Source: an uncultured Clostridium sp. (GTDB lineage: Bacteria > Bacillota > Clostridia > TANB77 > CAG-508). Taken from it: a stretch of DNA of 64,000 bases. Positions 1 to 15,500 of the stretch are shown piece by piece (positions within the stretch are counted from its first letter, which is position 1; each line of letters opens with the position of its first letter). Both the position numbers and the translations under genes were made by a program. The notes below the pieces were generated by a model. That model was not told the DNA's origin, ran no database searches, and worked only from the letters and a program-made list of their open reading frames with translations. The stretch is taken from assembly GCA_964507565.1 (NCBI GenBank), contig CAZDPV010000002.1, positions 24,879 through 88,878 of the forward strand, written 5' to 3'.

Positions 1-3000
1 AAAAAAGAAATAAACGGATATGCAGAAATAGAATATGAAGATAATGAAATAGTAAATATCTATAATCAAGAAATAACTTATCAAACAATATCTTCAAAAG
101 CATATTTAGAAATTCCAAATGGAATAAAAATAAATTTATCAAATAAAGTTATTAGTCAAAACGGCGAAAATAAAATGAGTTTAAATAATATGGTAATAGA
201 TTCAGAAGATAATGTTACAATAACTGATTTAGAAGAGCTTCAGAAAAAAGAAAATACGATATCTGAAAATTCAACTAATGAAAACAACACATCTTTAGGA
301 ACAGGAAGTGTTACTCAAGGTCCTACAACAGTAATAAATAACCAAACATCAACTTCTATAACAGCAGGGAATGTAGGAGATTCAAAAACAGACTCAGAAG
401 AAACGGTAGATGAAACTAAAACTGTAATTGCTCCAACATATAAAGTAACAAAATTTGAAACAACATCAACTGGAATAAAAGCAACAATTGCGGTAAATGA
501 TGAAGAATCACTACTAACATCAGATAGCAAAATTAAAGTAATAGATGGTGAAACAGGAAAGTTAGTTTATGAAAATACGGAAAGCTTAGGAGTATATAGC
601 ATAGATGTTGACATATCTACACTTTCTCCAAATACAGAGTACACATTAGAAGTTGAATCAAGCTATACTGTTGATTCAATAAGCTATACAAAGAATTTTG
701 TATACAAGGTATTCAAAACTTTACCCATTGGATTAGGAATTACAAAAGATGTTTATACTTCTGATAGCTTAGGAATAAATGTAGTTTTTGAAAGTGAATC
801 AGATGTTAAAGAAGTAGAGGTTGCACTACTTAACAATAAAGGTGAAACAATAAAAACTCAAAAGGTTTATAATAAAGGTAAGACTGAAAACACAAGCAAC
901 GTGGAATTTACACAATTAGAATCAAATACAGAATACACAGTAGAATTACTTAATGCAATATATAATGGACAAGTTATATCAAATGGCTTCGACATAACTA
1001 AAAATTGCAAAACACTAAAGGAAAAACCACAAATTAGTAATCCTGAATTTGAAATAGACAAAAGAAATGGCAAATTTAACCTGGATTTAAAAAACTCAAT
1101 TGACAAAGATAGTGGAATTCAGGAATATAGATTTGAAGTATATGATACAAGACAATCTGCTGCAAAAACACCAATAATGTCATTATCAACAAATGGAACA
1201 CAAACAAGCTTAAAGGTTGATAACGATAAAATATTTAGAAATGTAGCATATATTTTCAAAGTTATTGCAATATTCAATGATAATGAAAAAATCCATGAAT
1301 ACGAAAGCGAATTTAGTGATATTATGCAATTAGATGGAACTGAATTTCCAACAATATCATTCGAAAAGAAAGAGGTTACGTACGAAAGAATCGAAGGGAC
1401 AATAATAGTTGAAGACAAAGGAAACGCAATCAGCCTAAAAAATGGAAATAAATTTACCGTAATCTATAATGACTCGGTTGGAGGAAAAAATGAGTCATTT
1501 ACATCAGAGGGAAGTCTTAAAATTCCAGTATCAGTAAATAATTTAAGAGCAAACGAGACTTACAAATTTTCAGTATATACAACAGTAGATTTACAAGATG
1601 GCAATGATCCAATTAAAGAATGCTTTATAGGTTCAGTAATTGTAAAAACAGAATTACCTAAAAATCTAGTAGCAAATTTTAAAACTAATAAACAAAATAC
1701 AAAAAGCACTTTTGATGTAACGTTTCAACTAGCAAAGGAAAATCAAAGCCAAACTGATTTAGAATCACAGACTCTTACAGGAGTTACATTTAGTATTTAT
1801 CCAGGACAAACAACTGATGGAAAATTGCCAACTGGAACTCCAAAGCGAACTGTTAAGATTGTGGATAGCGATGTTTCAGCATATTCAAGCGAAATAAAAA
1901 CAAATTATTATGACCAAAGTAAATCAATTAATCCAACGTTTTTTGGGTCACAAAACAATGATTTTAAGGACAAATATTATACACTTGTTGTTTCAAAGGC
2001 TTACGACTATACAGATTATCAAAATGCCTTACCAATAATAAATAATGTTTACACAATTGAAACAAATGGATATATGCCTGACCTACCAGGGGACGTTAAT
2101 GATGCACTGCAAGTCAACGTAATTAGAAACAGAGATTCTAGTTCAATAAGAGAAGAATTGGATGCAAGCACAATTGTGGGATATACCGTAAAAGCAAGTT
2201 ATGATAATTCCGATTACTATGCAAAAAAAATAATATATAAAGCGTATAATGCAATATCAAAAGCTTTAATATCAACTAAAGAAGTGAGCATGGACAAAAC
2301 ATTAGAAATTCCTAGTGTAACATTTGATGTAAAAGATGGAATAGATTCAGCTAGTACTGATGATGAAAATCTAACAAGAGGAAATACTTATTACTTTACT
2401 TATGAAGCAGAACTTGACTTAAATGGCGATGGAGAAGCAGAAACTCATTATCCATATAATAGCAACGGACAAGCAGTAACACTTAAATCAAAAGATGTTA
2501 TTCCAGAAAAGCAAGAGGCAAAAATAGAAATGTTTCCAATAATATCAACAAAAAACACATATTCATTTGGAATTAAAATAATAGATATTGACAAATCAAT
2601 AAATACAAATACAGCTAGTGCAAAGATAGATGATAAATTAGTAGATACAGAAGTATTAGACAAGACATCAAATCAATATGGACAAATAACATTTAAAAAC
2701 CTGTCAAAAGGAAATTTGGAAATATATATAACACAAAAAACAATCAATACTGAAGACTCAAAAAAAATATATTTAATTTATCAATACTTTGAAGGAATAA
2801 AAAGCATTAGTGATATTAAGTTTAAAAAGAGCTTAGAATCAAACAAATTACTTATAACATTGATAGATTCTGGAGAACAAATCAACAATATAATAGCGGT
2901 AAAAGTTACTCTTGAATCAACAGATGGAACGGTAAAAATAGAAAAAGATATGTTAAAACCAACAAATAATATTATAAGCATAAATTTAAATGACATTAGT

Positions 3001-4755
3001 GATTTACTCAATAAAGAAACTAAAGTATCAGTAAAAGCTTACTATGATAGTGGAATAACTGGATATAATTTAGAACAAAATCACTTTGTAACATATCAAA
3101 AACCATATCTGTCTGGGGAAACCGTATACTATTATAAGATAGATGGTAAAAAACAATTTGTTGATACTCCAGATATACTAGGAAATATATATATAAGTAC
3201 AAGAACAGAAAACTCTTTGCAAATAGTTAATGCTATGACAACAAGTTTAACAACAACAATAACACTTGATATTACAAAAAACGGATTCACATATAATGGA
3301 AATGTTATTCTACCAAAACAAGTAAATGAGCAGGAAATCGTTTCAGAGGATGGCGATAACATTATTAAATTCGATGTAATAATAACAGGAATAACTCTAA
3401 AAGATAATAAGGGAAATCTAACAATATCATCAGAGCTAGACAACGTTAGTTTTGAAGCATCTCTTTTAACAAAAGAATCTGTTAAGGATGATTTGATATA
3501 TATAGAGATATATCAAACTGACGAAAATGGAAAAACACAATACTTAACTAATACTATTTCAAAGTTAACAAGTGATTTTAACAGTAAAATTACAATAGAT
3601 GGTTTAAAACCAAAAACATATTATTTTCTTAAATTTAGAGCAAATTTTGACACATCAGATGGTGTTTCATCAAAATACTTATATGATATAGATTACGAGG
3701 TAGAGGGGAAGCAATATTATTTTTCAACGCTTGCAAATGTTGGAATAACAAATATAAGTGTAAAATATAATCCAGTTGATTATGATAACAAAACAATTGA
3801 CATAACATACAACCTTGATAAAATAATGGGATATAAGAAGATAGCATATAAGATAGAAAAATATAATGAAGTTACAAAATTATATGAAGAAACAGGAATA
3901 AAAATATCAAACGATGTACTATTTAAAAATGAAATGACTAAAAAAATAGTATGCAACCCAACTGGAGCAGATACAAAAATTATATTCGGAAAAAAATACA
4001 AAATTATAATTGCACCATTAACAGAATATACATATAATGGAACTACTACAACCTTAGATCTAGGCACAAAAGAATATGAATTTGAGCTTCAAGAACTTTC
4101 TAATCCAATTATTGCTTTAAAAGGTTCAAGATCGGGAGAAAGTAGTGCATATTTTAAAGTAACAATATATGATAATGATAAAATAATAGTTGGTGGAAAT
4201 TATTCTGTACAGATTTTTGAAAATGGTTCTATAGATATTACACCAGAGGAGTACGTAAATCAAAAATATTCAATAAATACATTTAATAAAACATTCTCTA
4301 TCTCAAACGTTAATAAAACAAGTAAATATAAAATACTAATAAAATGCAAAATAGATAAAAAGAACAATGGAAATGAAATAACAGACTTTGAAAAAAGTTA
4401 TGAATTACCATCTGTAAATGAATATGGAATTTCAGTAGGAAACGTTTCAACAGCAACAAACTTGAATGGTGGAATTTATAAAATTGATTTAATTTTTAAT
4501 AGTTCATACAAACTAAACGAAATAGACATGGTGAAATATTCAATTTATAATGTAAGCGGATATTCGCAAAGTAATGAGGAAAACTTTATACCAACTGAAA
4601 TAAATTCAGAAGATGGTGGTTTATACTATAAATTTACATTAAATAATAATATGAATGATTGTGATCAGGGAACTTATTATATTGAATTACAATTTTATAA
4701 AGATGGAAATTTAGTTGACGAAACAACAGTTGAACATGTTTATTTAAAAGAATAA
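1..4755 (+). CDS. Giant surface protein with tandem Fn3-like repeats. It is 5'-partial: the frame is open from nt 1, so the protein is longer than the 1526 aa seen here.
   Basis: There is no stop codon in frame 1 from nt 1 up to the ATG at 175, so the ORF continues upstream of the window. Repeated motifs resemble fibronectin-III/Ig-like modules (LSPNTEYTLEV, LESNTEYTVELL, LRANETYKFSVYT, LKPKTYYFLKFRA). Composition is T/S/N/K-rich. Confidence 0.6.
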   Translation, partial: KKEINGYAEIEYEDNEIVNIYNQEITYQTISSKAYLEIPNGIKINLSNKVISQNGENKMSLNNMVIDSEDNVTITDLEELQKKENTISENSTNENNTSLGTGSVTQGPTTVINNQTSTSITAGNVGDSKTDSEETVDETKTVIAPTYKVTKFETTSTGIKATIAVNDEESLLTSDSKIKVIDGETGKLVYENTESLGVYSIDVDISTLSPNTEYTLEVESSYTVDSISYTKNFVYKVFKTLPIGLGITKDVYTSDSLGINVVFESESDVKEVEVALLNNKGETIKTQKVYNKGKTENTSNVEFTQLESNTEYTVELLNAIYNGQVISNGFDITKNCKTLKEKPQISNPEFEIDKRNGKFNLDLKNSIDKDSGIQEYRFEVYDTRQSAAKTPIMSLSTNGTQTSLKVDNDKIFRNVAYIFKVIAIFNDNEKIHEYESEFSDIMQLDGTEFPTISFEKKEVTYERIEGTIIVEDKGNAISLKNGNKFTVIYNDSVGGKNESFTSEGSLKIPVSVNNLRANETYKFSVYTTVDLQDGNDPIKECFIGSVIVKTELPKNLVANFKTNKQNTKSTFDVTFQLAKENQSQTDLESQTLTGVTFSIYPGQTTDGKLPTGTPKRTVKIVDSDVSAYSSEIKTNYYDQSKSINPTFFGSQNNDFKDKYYTLVVSKAYDYTDYQNALPIINNVYTIETNGYMPDLPGDVNDALQVNVIRNRDSSSIREELDASTIVGYTVKASYDNSDYYAKKIIYKAYNAISKALISTKEVSMDKTLEIPSVTFDVKDGIDSASTDDENLTRGNTYYFTYEAELDLNGDGEAETHYPYNSNGQAVTLKSKDVIPEKQEAKIEMFPIISTKNTYSFGIKIIDIDKSINTNTASAKIDDKLVDTEVLDKTSNQYGQITFKNLSKGNLEIYITQKTINTEDSKKIYLIYQYFEGIKSISDIKFKKSLESNKLLITLIDSGEQINNIIAVKVTLESTDGTVKIEKDMLKPTNNIISINLNDISDLLNKETKVSVKAYYDSGITGYNLEQNHFVTYQKPYLSGETVYYYKIDGKKQFVDTPDILGNIYISTRTENSLQIVNAMTTSLTTTITLDITKNGFTYNGNVILPKQVNEQEIVSEDGDNIIKFDVIITGITLKDNKGNLTISSELDNVSFEASLLTKESVKDDLIYIEIYQTDENGKTQYLTNTISKLTSDFNSKITIDGLKPKTYYFLKFRANFDTSDGVSSKYLYDIDYEVEGKQYYFSTLANVGITNISVKYNPVDYDNKTIDITYNLDKIMGYKKIAYKIEKYNEVTKLYEETGIKISNDVLFKNEMTKKIVCNPTGADTKIIFGKKYKIIIAPLTEYTYNGTTTTLDLGTKEYEFELQELSNPIIALKGSRSGESSAYFKVTIYDNDKIIVGGNYSVQIFENGSIDITPEEYVNQKYSINTFNKTFSISNVNKTSKYKILIKCKIDKKNNGNEITDFEKSYELPSVNEYGISVGNVSTATNLNGGIYKIDLIFNSSYKLNEIDMVKYSIYNVSGYSQSNEENFIPTEINSEDGGLYYKFTLNNNMNDCDQGTYYIELQFYKDGNLVDETTVEHVYLKE

Positions 4756-4775
4756 AAATAAATTGGAGGTAAAAG

Positions 4776-6445
<1,670 letters not shown>

Positions 6446-6468
6446 ATAGATAAAATATAAAAAGTCTA

Positions 6469-7320
6469 ATGCTATTTTACAGGAGAAAAAATATGATAAA
6501 ACTAATTATACCAGCAATAATAATGGAATTCTTAATGTTTGGATTTTCTATATATATTTTTGATAATCTCTCAAAAAGGATAAATAACAGAGTAAAAAAA
6601 TATTTTATAGACAAACTTCAAGATTATAATTATTTAATTGAAGAAAAAGCTAAAGAGCTTGAAAATTTGAGAAATTTGGTAGATAATGAAAATAATAAAA
6701 TAAAAAAACTTCAAGAAACGCCAGAAAGCACATTCTCAAAAACTATAGAGAGCAAGTTAAAGAAAATGAAGAAATTTAAAGAGGGAAAAATCAAACTAGT
6801 AGAAGAAGAAGATATAATTTATGATATACCAACTCCTGCATATAGGGAAGAGTCATTCTTTAAAAATTATAAAGAGCTAAAAAAGAACTTTAACGTGGAT
6901 ACACAAAATGTATTAGAGAAATTTGTTAAGGAACATAAGAATACAAAACAAGAAGATGAAGCATATAAAATTCTTACAGAATTCAGGTCTAAATTTAATC
7001 AAAATACAATTTATGATTGTTTAACATTAAATTCTAATAATCAATACAATTTAATGAAAGAAGTAATGTCCTCAAAAGAAAAAAACACAATTAACTTTGA
7101 GGAAAAATTTATGCAGGACAAGAAATTTACAATATTAAAATTATTAAATTATGTTGACGAGCTGATAAAAAAATACGATCCAACAATATATGTATATGTC
7201 GGATCAGACAGTGTTGATTATAATTATATTGAAAAGAACATCAAGACATATTTTTATAAAAACATGTCCGAAGGAATAATTATAAACTATAAAGGAAAAA
7301 TGTATGACTATAGTATATAG
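6469..7320 (+). CDS. F-type ATPase b-subunit-like protein (N-terminal TM plus long charged coiled coil), possibly a b/delta-like fusion
   Basis: One N-terminal TM helix (IKLIIPAIIMEFLMFGFSIYIF) is followed by a K/E-rich helical region. The gene sits at the atpF/atpH position between the c-like and alpha-like genes. At 283 aa it is longer than a typical b subunit. Confidence 0.4.
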   Translation: MLFYRRKNMIKLIIPAIIMEFLMFGFSIYIFDNLSKRINNRVKKYFIDKLQDYNYLIEEKAKELENLRNLVDNENNKIKKLQETPESTFSKTIESKLKKMKKFKEGKIKLVEEEDIIYDIPTPAYREESFFKNYKELKKNFNVDTQNVLEKFVKEHKNTKQEDEAYKILTEFRSKFNQNTIYDCLTLNSNNQYNLMKEVMSSKEKNTINFEEKFMQDKKFTILKLLNYVDELIKKYDPTIYVYVGSDSVDYNYIEKNIKTYFYKNMSEGIIINYKGKMYDYSI

Positions 7321-7346
7321 AAAATAATTAAGAAAAGGAAGAAAAA

Positions 7347-8679
7347 ATGGGTACACATATTGAGGATTTATTAAATAAAAAAATAGAGCAAATTAAGACA
7401 GAAGAAAATGTTTTTGATTCTGGAAATGTTACAAAAATAAAAGACTATATAATTGAAGTTTCCGGATTGGAAAACGTTAGGTTTTTTGAAAAAGTAATAA
7501 TCCAAGGTAAGGGAATGGGATATGTAAATCAAATAAATGAAAATTCCGTAATAATTGCATTGGTAAAGCAATATGCCCCAATCCAAATTGGAGATATTGT
7601 AAATTCAACAGGAGAATTATTTAAAGCAATATTTGCAAAAGAAGCAATGGGAAGAATAACAGATTTATTTGGCGTCGATTTATTAACAGGAAGAGCTTTT
7701 GAAAACTTTGAATATATAAATATAGAAAACAAAACTACTCCAATAATGGACAGGCGAGAAGTAAACAGACCTCTTAAAACTGGAATATCAGGAATAGACT
7801 TAATATACCCAATAGGAAAAGGACAAAGACAGTTAATAATAGGCGATAAAAAAACTGGAAAAACGCAAATAGCTCTTGACATAATTGCAAATCAAGCAAA
7901 TGTAAGGCGAGAACAAGGAGACAATATAGTTTGCATATACATAGCGGTAGGAAAAACAAAAAAAGAGATTAAGAATATTTATAATGAACTACTTAGAAGA
8001 AATGCATTATCATATACAATGATTTGTGCTGCAACTAATGATGATAAGCCACCTGTATTAAGTCTTATTCCTTATGTAGGATTATCTATTGCAGAAGAAT
8101 ATATGAAAATGAAAAAGGATGTAATTGTAATAATAGATGATTTAAAAAAACATGCACAAGCATATAGAGAGATTAGCTTAATATCGAATAAAACACCAGG
8201 AAGAGACGCATATCCATCTGATATTTTCTATACGCATGCTCGTTTGTTAGAGAAAGGTTGCCAATATAAAGACGGAGGTTCAATTACAATTTTACCTATA
8301 ATGGAAACAAAAGGTGGAGATATAACAGATTATATATCAACCAATATTATTTCAATAACTGATGGACAGCTTGTATTATCAGAAAAAAACTTTAGCGCAG
8401 GATTTAAACCGGCAATTGACTATGGAGTATCAGTATCTAGATTAGGTGGAGCAGTTCAAGAGGAAAGTGTAAAGAAATTAGGAGCAACAGTAAGAAGAAA
8501 ATTCTTAAGCTACTTGGAAATGAAAGAAGTATATGAGCTTGCGAATATGGATGAAATGAGTCCAGAATTAAGACAAAAAATGAAAGAAGGAGAAGCTATA
8601 CAAGAAGCATTAAAACAAGATAAATTTTCTCCTCTGTCAAATGCGGAAATAATTGATAAATTTAATATGTTAGGTGAGG

Positions 8680-8696
<17 letters not shown>
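7347..8696 (+). CDS. F1 ATPase alpha-subunit-like protein (divergent, 449 aa)
   Basis: The Walker A region GISGIDLIYPIGKGQRQLIIGDKKTGKTQIALDIIANQ aligns with AtpA [29 protein letters not shown]. The C-terminal segment YPSDIFYTHARLLE...ISITDGQLVLSEKNFSAGFKPAIDYGVSVSRLGGAVQ is co-linear with bovine/bacterial alpha. The Arg-finger position (GIRPAINVG) reads GFKPAIDYG, so Lys replaces Arg at codon 354 (nt 8406-8408). Confidence 0.8.
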
Positions 8697-10828
<2,132 letters not shown>

Positions 10829-10865
10829 AATATACAAAACAAAATATTATATAGAGGTAAATTAG

Positions 10866-11159
<294 letters not shown>

Positions 11160-11174
11160 AAGAGGAGAGAATTT

Positions 11175-11744
11175 ATGATACAAACAATAATGTATAATGT
11201 TAGTAAAAGTGCAATTCCAATGTTAATATACTTAGGAATAATAGTATTTACTGGATTCCTCATAAATTTCTCAACAAAAAAATTTGATATTCATAAAAAA
11301 ACAGTTATGTTTGGAGGAATGTTAGTTAAACTTCATAGAAGGCAAATAATCTCAATAACTGCAGTTATGATAAGAACATTTCTAATAATATATGCATCTA
11401 TAAACTTTAAAGAAAATTTGGTATTGTACTTTACGATGATTATTATGGCAGATATAGTTTATATTTTTATGAATCCCAAAAAAATAGTATTTGAAATTAT
11501 AAATACTTCTGCACAGGGAATTTTAATATATATAATAAGTCTACTAAGCACATATCGAGTTGAAATTAGTGATGAACTATACGTAAAACTAATGCAAACA
11601 TTGCTTATTATTTTTATAATTGTGTATGCAATATACTTTTTATTTAAAAATTTTGAAGAAATAATATCAAAAAAATATAAAATAACAAAAAGAGAGAAAA
11701 AAGACCAAGAATTGAAGGGAGAATTAAATGAAAAAAATAGCTAA
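11175..11744 (+). CDS. Polytopic membrane protein (about 4-5 TM) of unknown function; possible stator/membrane component of the F1-like module
   Basis: Several hydrophobic segments are present. It lies immediately downstream of the epsilon-like gene with an RBS. It has no recognisable a-subunit LRLFGN/Arg motif. Confidence 0.4.
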   Translation: MIQTIMYNVSKSAIPMLIYLGIIVFTGFLINFSTKKFDIHKKTVMFGGMLVKLHRRQIISITAVMIRTFLIIYASINFKENLVLYFTMIIMADIVYIFMNPKKIVFEIINTSAQGILIYIISLLSTYRVEISDELYVKLMQTLLIIFIIVYAIYFLFKNFEEIISKKYKITKREKKDQELKGELNEKNS

Positions 11745-12459
11745 TAAAACATCACAAAATGCTTTAATAAAAGATATTGTCATAAAAATAGTATTAGTAT
11801 TATTACTTCTAGATGTAATATTTATTGCAATATACTATATCAAACAGCTAAATACAACAGAAGTAGAAAATCATAGCTTCTATCAATACTTAGGTGGTCA
11901 AAAGCAAAGTTATGCAGGAAGTATTAAAATAAGCAAAAACGGTGATATAACAGAATTAAAATGTAACGATATTGAAATCGAATTAGACTCAACACCAGTG
12001 TATTATTCAGATATAGAAAATACCGCAATATTACCAGAACAAATGTCAATTATTTATCCAAAAGAAAATGGAAAAACATATAGAACAACAAGATTCTCTA
12101 TATGCTCAATAAAAGACAAATCTGTGTATATTGAAATGAGTAAAAGCGAAAAATTAGTGCAAAATGCAATTCTATATGATGGAGATAATTTGTATTTTTT
12201 TATAGAGCAAACAAAGCTAATGATTGGTAATAAAGAGTATGATATTTCACCATTATCTTATGTATATGCAAAATACAATGAATATGTAGAAATTTATGAT
12301 AAGAAAAGTGATACATTTCAAGTGGTAGAATGTGCAAAAAAGAATGTAACAGCAAGCAATGGCTCATATATAATAGACTTAAACACAGGCAGTTTAAAAA
12401 ATGGAGAAAAAGAACAGCTATTACTTAAAAAGTTTAATTCATTAGAAATTTTAAAATAG
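11728..12459 (+). CDS. Membrane-anchored protein (N-terminal TM, extracytoplasmic domain), unknown function
   Basis: It overlaps the previous stop, suggesting translational coupling. TM helix is IVIKIVLVLLLLDVIFIAIYYI. Confidence 0.4.
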   Translation: MKKIANKTSQNALIKDIVIKIVLVLLLLDVIFIAIYYIKQLNTTEVENHSFYQYLGGQKQSYAGSIKISKNGDITELKCNDIEIELDSTPVYYSDIENTAILPEQMSIIYPKENGKTYRTTRFSICSIKDKSVYIEMSKSEKLVQNAILYDGDNLYFFIEQTKLMIGNKEYDISPLSYVYAKYNEYVEIYDKKSDTFQVVECAKKNVTASNGSYIIDLNTGSLKNGEKEQLLLKKFNSLEILK

Positions 12460-12505
12460 ATTTTAAAAATTGCGTATATGAAATTCTAAATCAGGAGAAC
12501 TAAAA

Positions 12506-15500
12506 ATGAATAAAAATGAAATAAAAGATAAACCAAAATTACATAAAAAAGGTAAAATAGCAAATCTAATAAGAAGCAATATACCAATGTTTCTAATAGT
12601 ATCAATTGGGCTACTAATAATATTATTAGTGGCACTTTATTATATATTTATGCACTTTGCTCCAGTATATGTAATCGAAAAAAGTGGATATGCAGTAAAG
12701 GATAAATTAATATATCAAGGATTACAGACATCAAATTTTAGTAGTGCAGAAAAACGAGTTAGCCTATTAGAAATTTCAGAAGAAGATACTCTATACAAAA
12801 AAATAAACAGTTATTATATTGGTGGAAATAGTAAAAAAGCTATAAACTTAAATTATCCAATATATTTAGAAGATTCAGCAATGCTAAATTTAAGTAAAGA
12901 AATGAATTTGATCACAAATTCTTTTGAAGAGGTAGGAGGATATCCAAATTTTACAATAATAGATGGAAAGATGTATAATGAAAAAGATTTAACAAGAGCA
13001 GATAGCAATGAATACATATTTCTTAAAAATAAAGAGAATTTGTTTGTAAATATTAAAGAAATATATATAAAGACTTCTACAAATGAATATAAAATACCAA
13101 TAAATAGTATTATAAATTTTAACAAAGAATTTGTTAGTTATTATAAATTACAAGACAAAGATAACTTAGAATATAGTGTAATACAAGATATAGACTTAAG
13201 TAGTATAATTACAATAAATAATGAAAGTGATAATTATGAAAATATATTAAAGAAACTTAAAATTATACAAGAAGAAAAGAAACAGGATGTAATTGTAAAT
13301 GAAATAGAAGAACCTGTTAAAAATGAAACACCCAAAAATGAAATAACGGAAAATAAAGAAGAAGAAAAAACGGACGATGAAGAAAAAAAATATATTGCTC
13401 CAGAAGTAAAATGTACAGACTTTACTGCAAATGTTTATACTGCAAAGACGAATTTATATATAAGTGACCCAAGCGGAACGATTCAAAAAGCAGTAGAATT
13501 TACAATATACAAAGATGGTAAGGTATATCAAAGAGCTCAAACTTTAGTAGGAGGAAACATTTTAATAAGTGGACTAATGCCAGATTCAAAATATTCAATA
13601 ACAGGAGAGTACACATACAAAAAAGAATCAGGAGAAAAAGTAATAAAAACATTTTATGAAGGTACGTTTAATACCAATAGATTAGAAACACTAGAAACTA
13701 TAAATTTGGAATTTGAGAATGGAGAAATATTTCCAACAAAGATTGAAATAAAAGATTTAAAAATAAATAATGATTTATATAATGACGAAGTTTTATATGG
13801 AATATCAAAAATAGTATTGGATACAGGAAAATCTAAATATAATTTAAGAGCTTCACAAATAAAAGAACTACTAAATGGAAATAAAATAACATATCAAACC
13901 GACCAAAATATAACAAGTAATAGTAATATAAAATATAAATTCCATATATATGATAAATTTGAAAATGAATTATCAGTCTCAAATAGTGAAGGGGAAACTA
14001 TAACTTCAAAAAGAGCTCCAACTTTAGTATTAAATGCAAAAAGTCAAAATATAACAGAAGTAAATGTAGGAATTAAAGTTAATAACAAGGATAACGTTAT
14101 AATAGAAAACTATAAATATGCTATATACGATGGGGAAGGGAAAGAAGTAGAAAGCCAAAACTTAAAATCATTACCAAGCGAAATTAAGATAAGAGATCTA
14201 GACCCTAATAAATTCTATGTAATAAAAATATTTGGAGATTATGATTTGGAAAACAATCAGGGAAAAACATATAATGTTGAACTGGGGGAAGCAAAATTTA
14301 CGACGTTACCAATATCTTCACTAGGATATGTATACATTGATGATAACTTAAAAGATATAAAAAGTAACCAAACAACAATTTCTATAAAAATAAATACTGA
14401 AAAAACTGATACTAGATTGGTAGAAATATTATCACAATTTAATATAAAAATAAAATCAAACAAAGATAATAAAGATACTCAAGACTATAACTTATCAAAC
14501 GAAGACCTTCTCAAAATAAAGCAGGGAAATGAATTTGAATACATATTCCAAAATCTAAATTCTAACACTAAATATTCTATTGAAGTAGAAACGAGGGCAA
14601 AACAAGGAGCTTCAACGGAAAAAGTAGGTGTAAATTTCGAGATAACGGACTTTATTACACTTAAGGAATCTGCTAGTGTACAAATTAAAAATCAATTTGT
14701 TACAGGAGAAATAATAGATTTTGATGCAAAAATAGTAGATAAAGATGAAGCTGTTTTAAATAATTCTGTACGTATGGAATTAAGGGACGAAATGGATAAG
14801 CTACTATCAATAGAAGATATGAAAACAAATGAAGAATATAAAAGAGAGACATTCAATAAATTGAGTAGTGGAAAAACATATAAAATATTATTTTACGCTG
14901 ATGAGTATAATGAGGGAAGTAAAGATGATACATACAAATCAAACTATCTTCTTAAAAAAATACAAGTTGTTACTGAGGAGGGGATAAGTGGAAATTTAAG
15001 ACTAAGTGAACTTAATAAAAAAGAAAACGGAAAAAATCTAATTGATATGGCTTCAGAAGTAAAATGGTATGTATATCCAAATTTTGACACAGGAGACTGG
15101 TATGGAAAAGAGTATAATGAAGTAACAGAAACATTGTCAATTGGAGGACATGGAAACAGTAGAAGATGTGTATATGACTTAACAGATTATTCAGGACAAA
15201 CTGTAACGATGTCTTTTAAGGCAAAGCGTATTACTAAGAACTCAAGCACTCTATATATTCAAAATGCAAGAACAGATAAAAATAGAACAATAGTTAGTGA
15301 CATAAATGAAACAGAATGGAAAAGTTATTCATATACCATAAAACTTGATGAAAGTGGATACCTTGGCTTTTATGTACAAGGTGGTGATGGAGTTCAAATA
15401 AAAGAATTACAGGTTGAACTGGGATCTAAGCAAACTCCATATCAAAAATATAAATATAATATGAGAACTAGATTACAAGTAAATTTAATTGACAAAAGAA

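Noticed and set aside
11175-11744. Possibility that the 189-aa membrane protein is the Fo a-subunit
   Set aside because: It is much shorter than a subunits (about 230-270 aa), and I cannot find the conserved Arg-containing LRLFGN-type motif in the penultimate helix. It is left as an unknown membrane protein.
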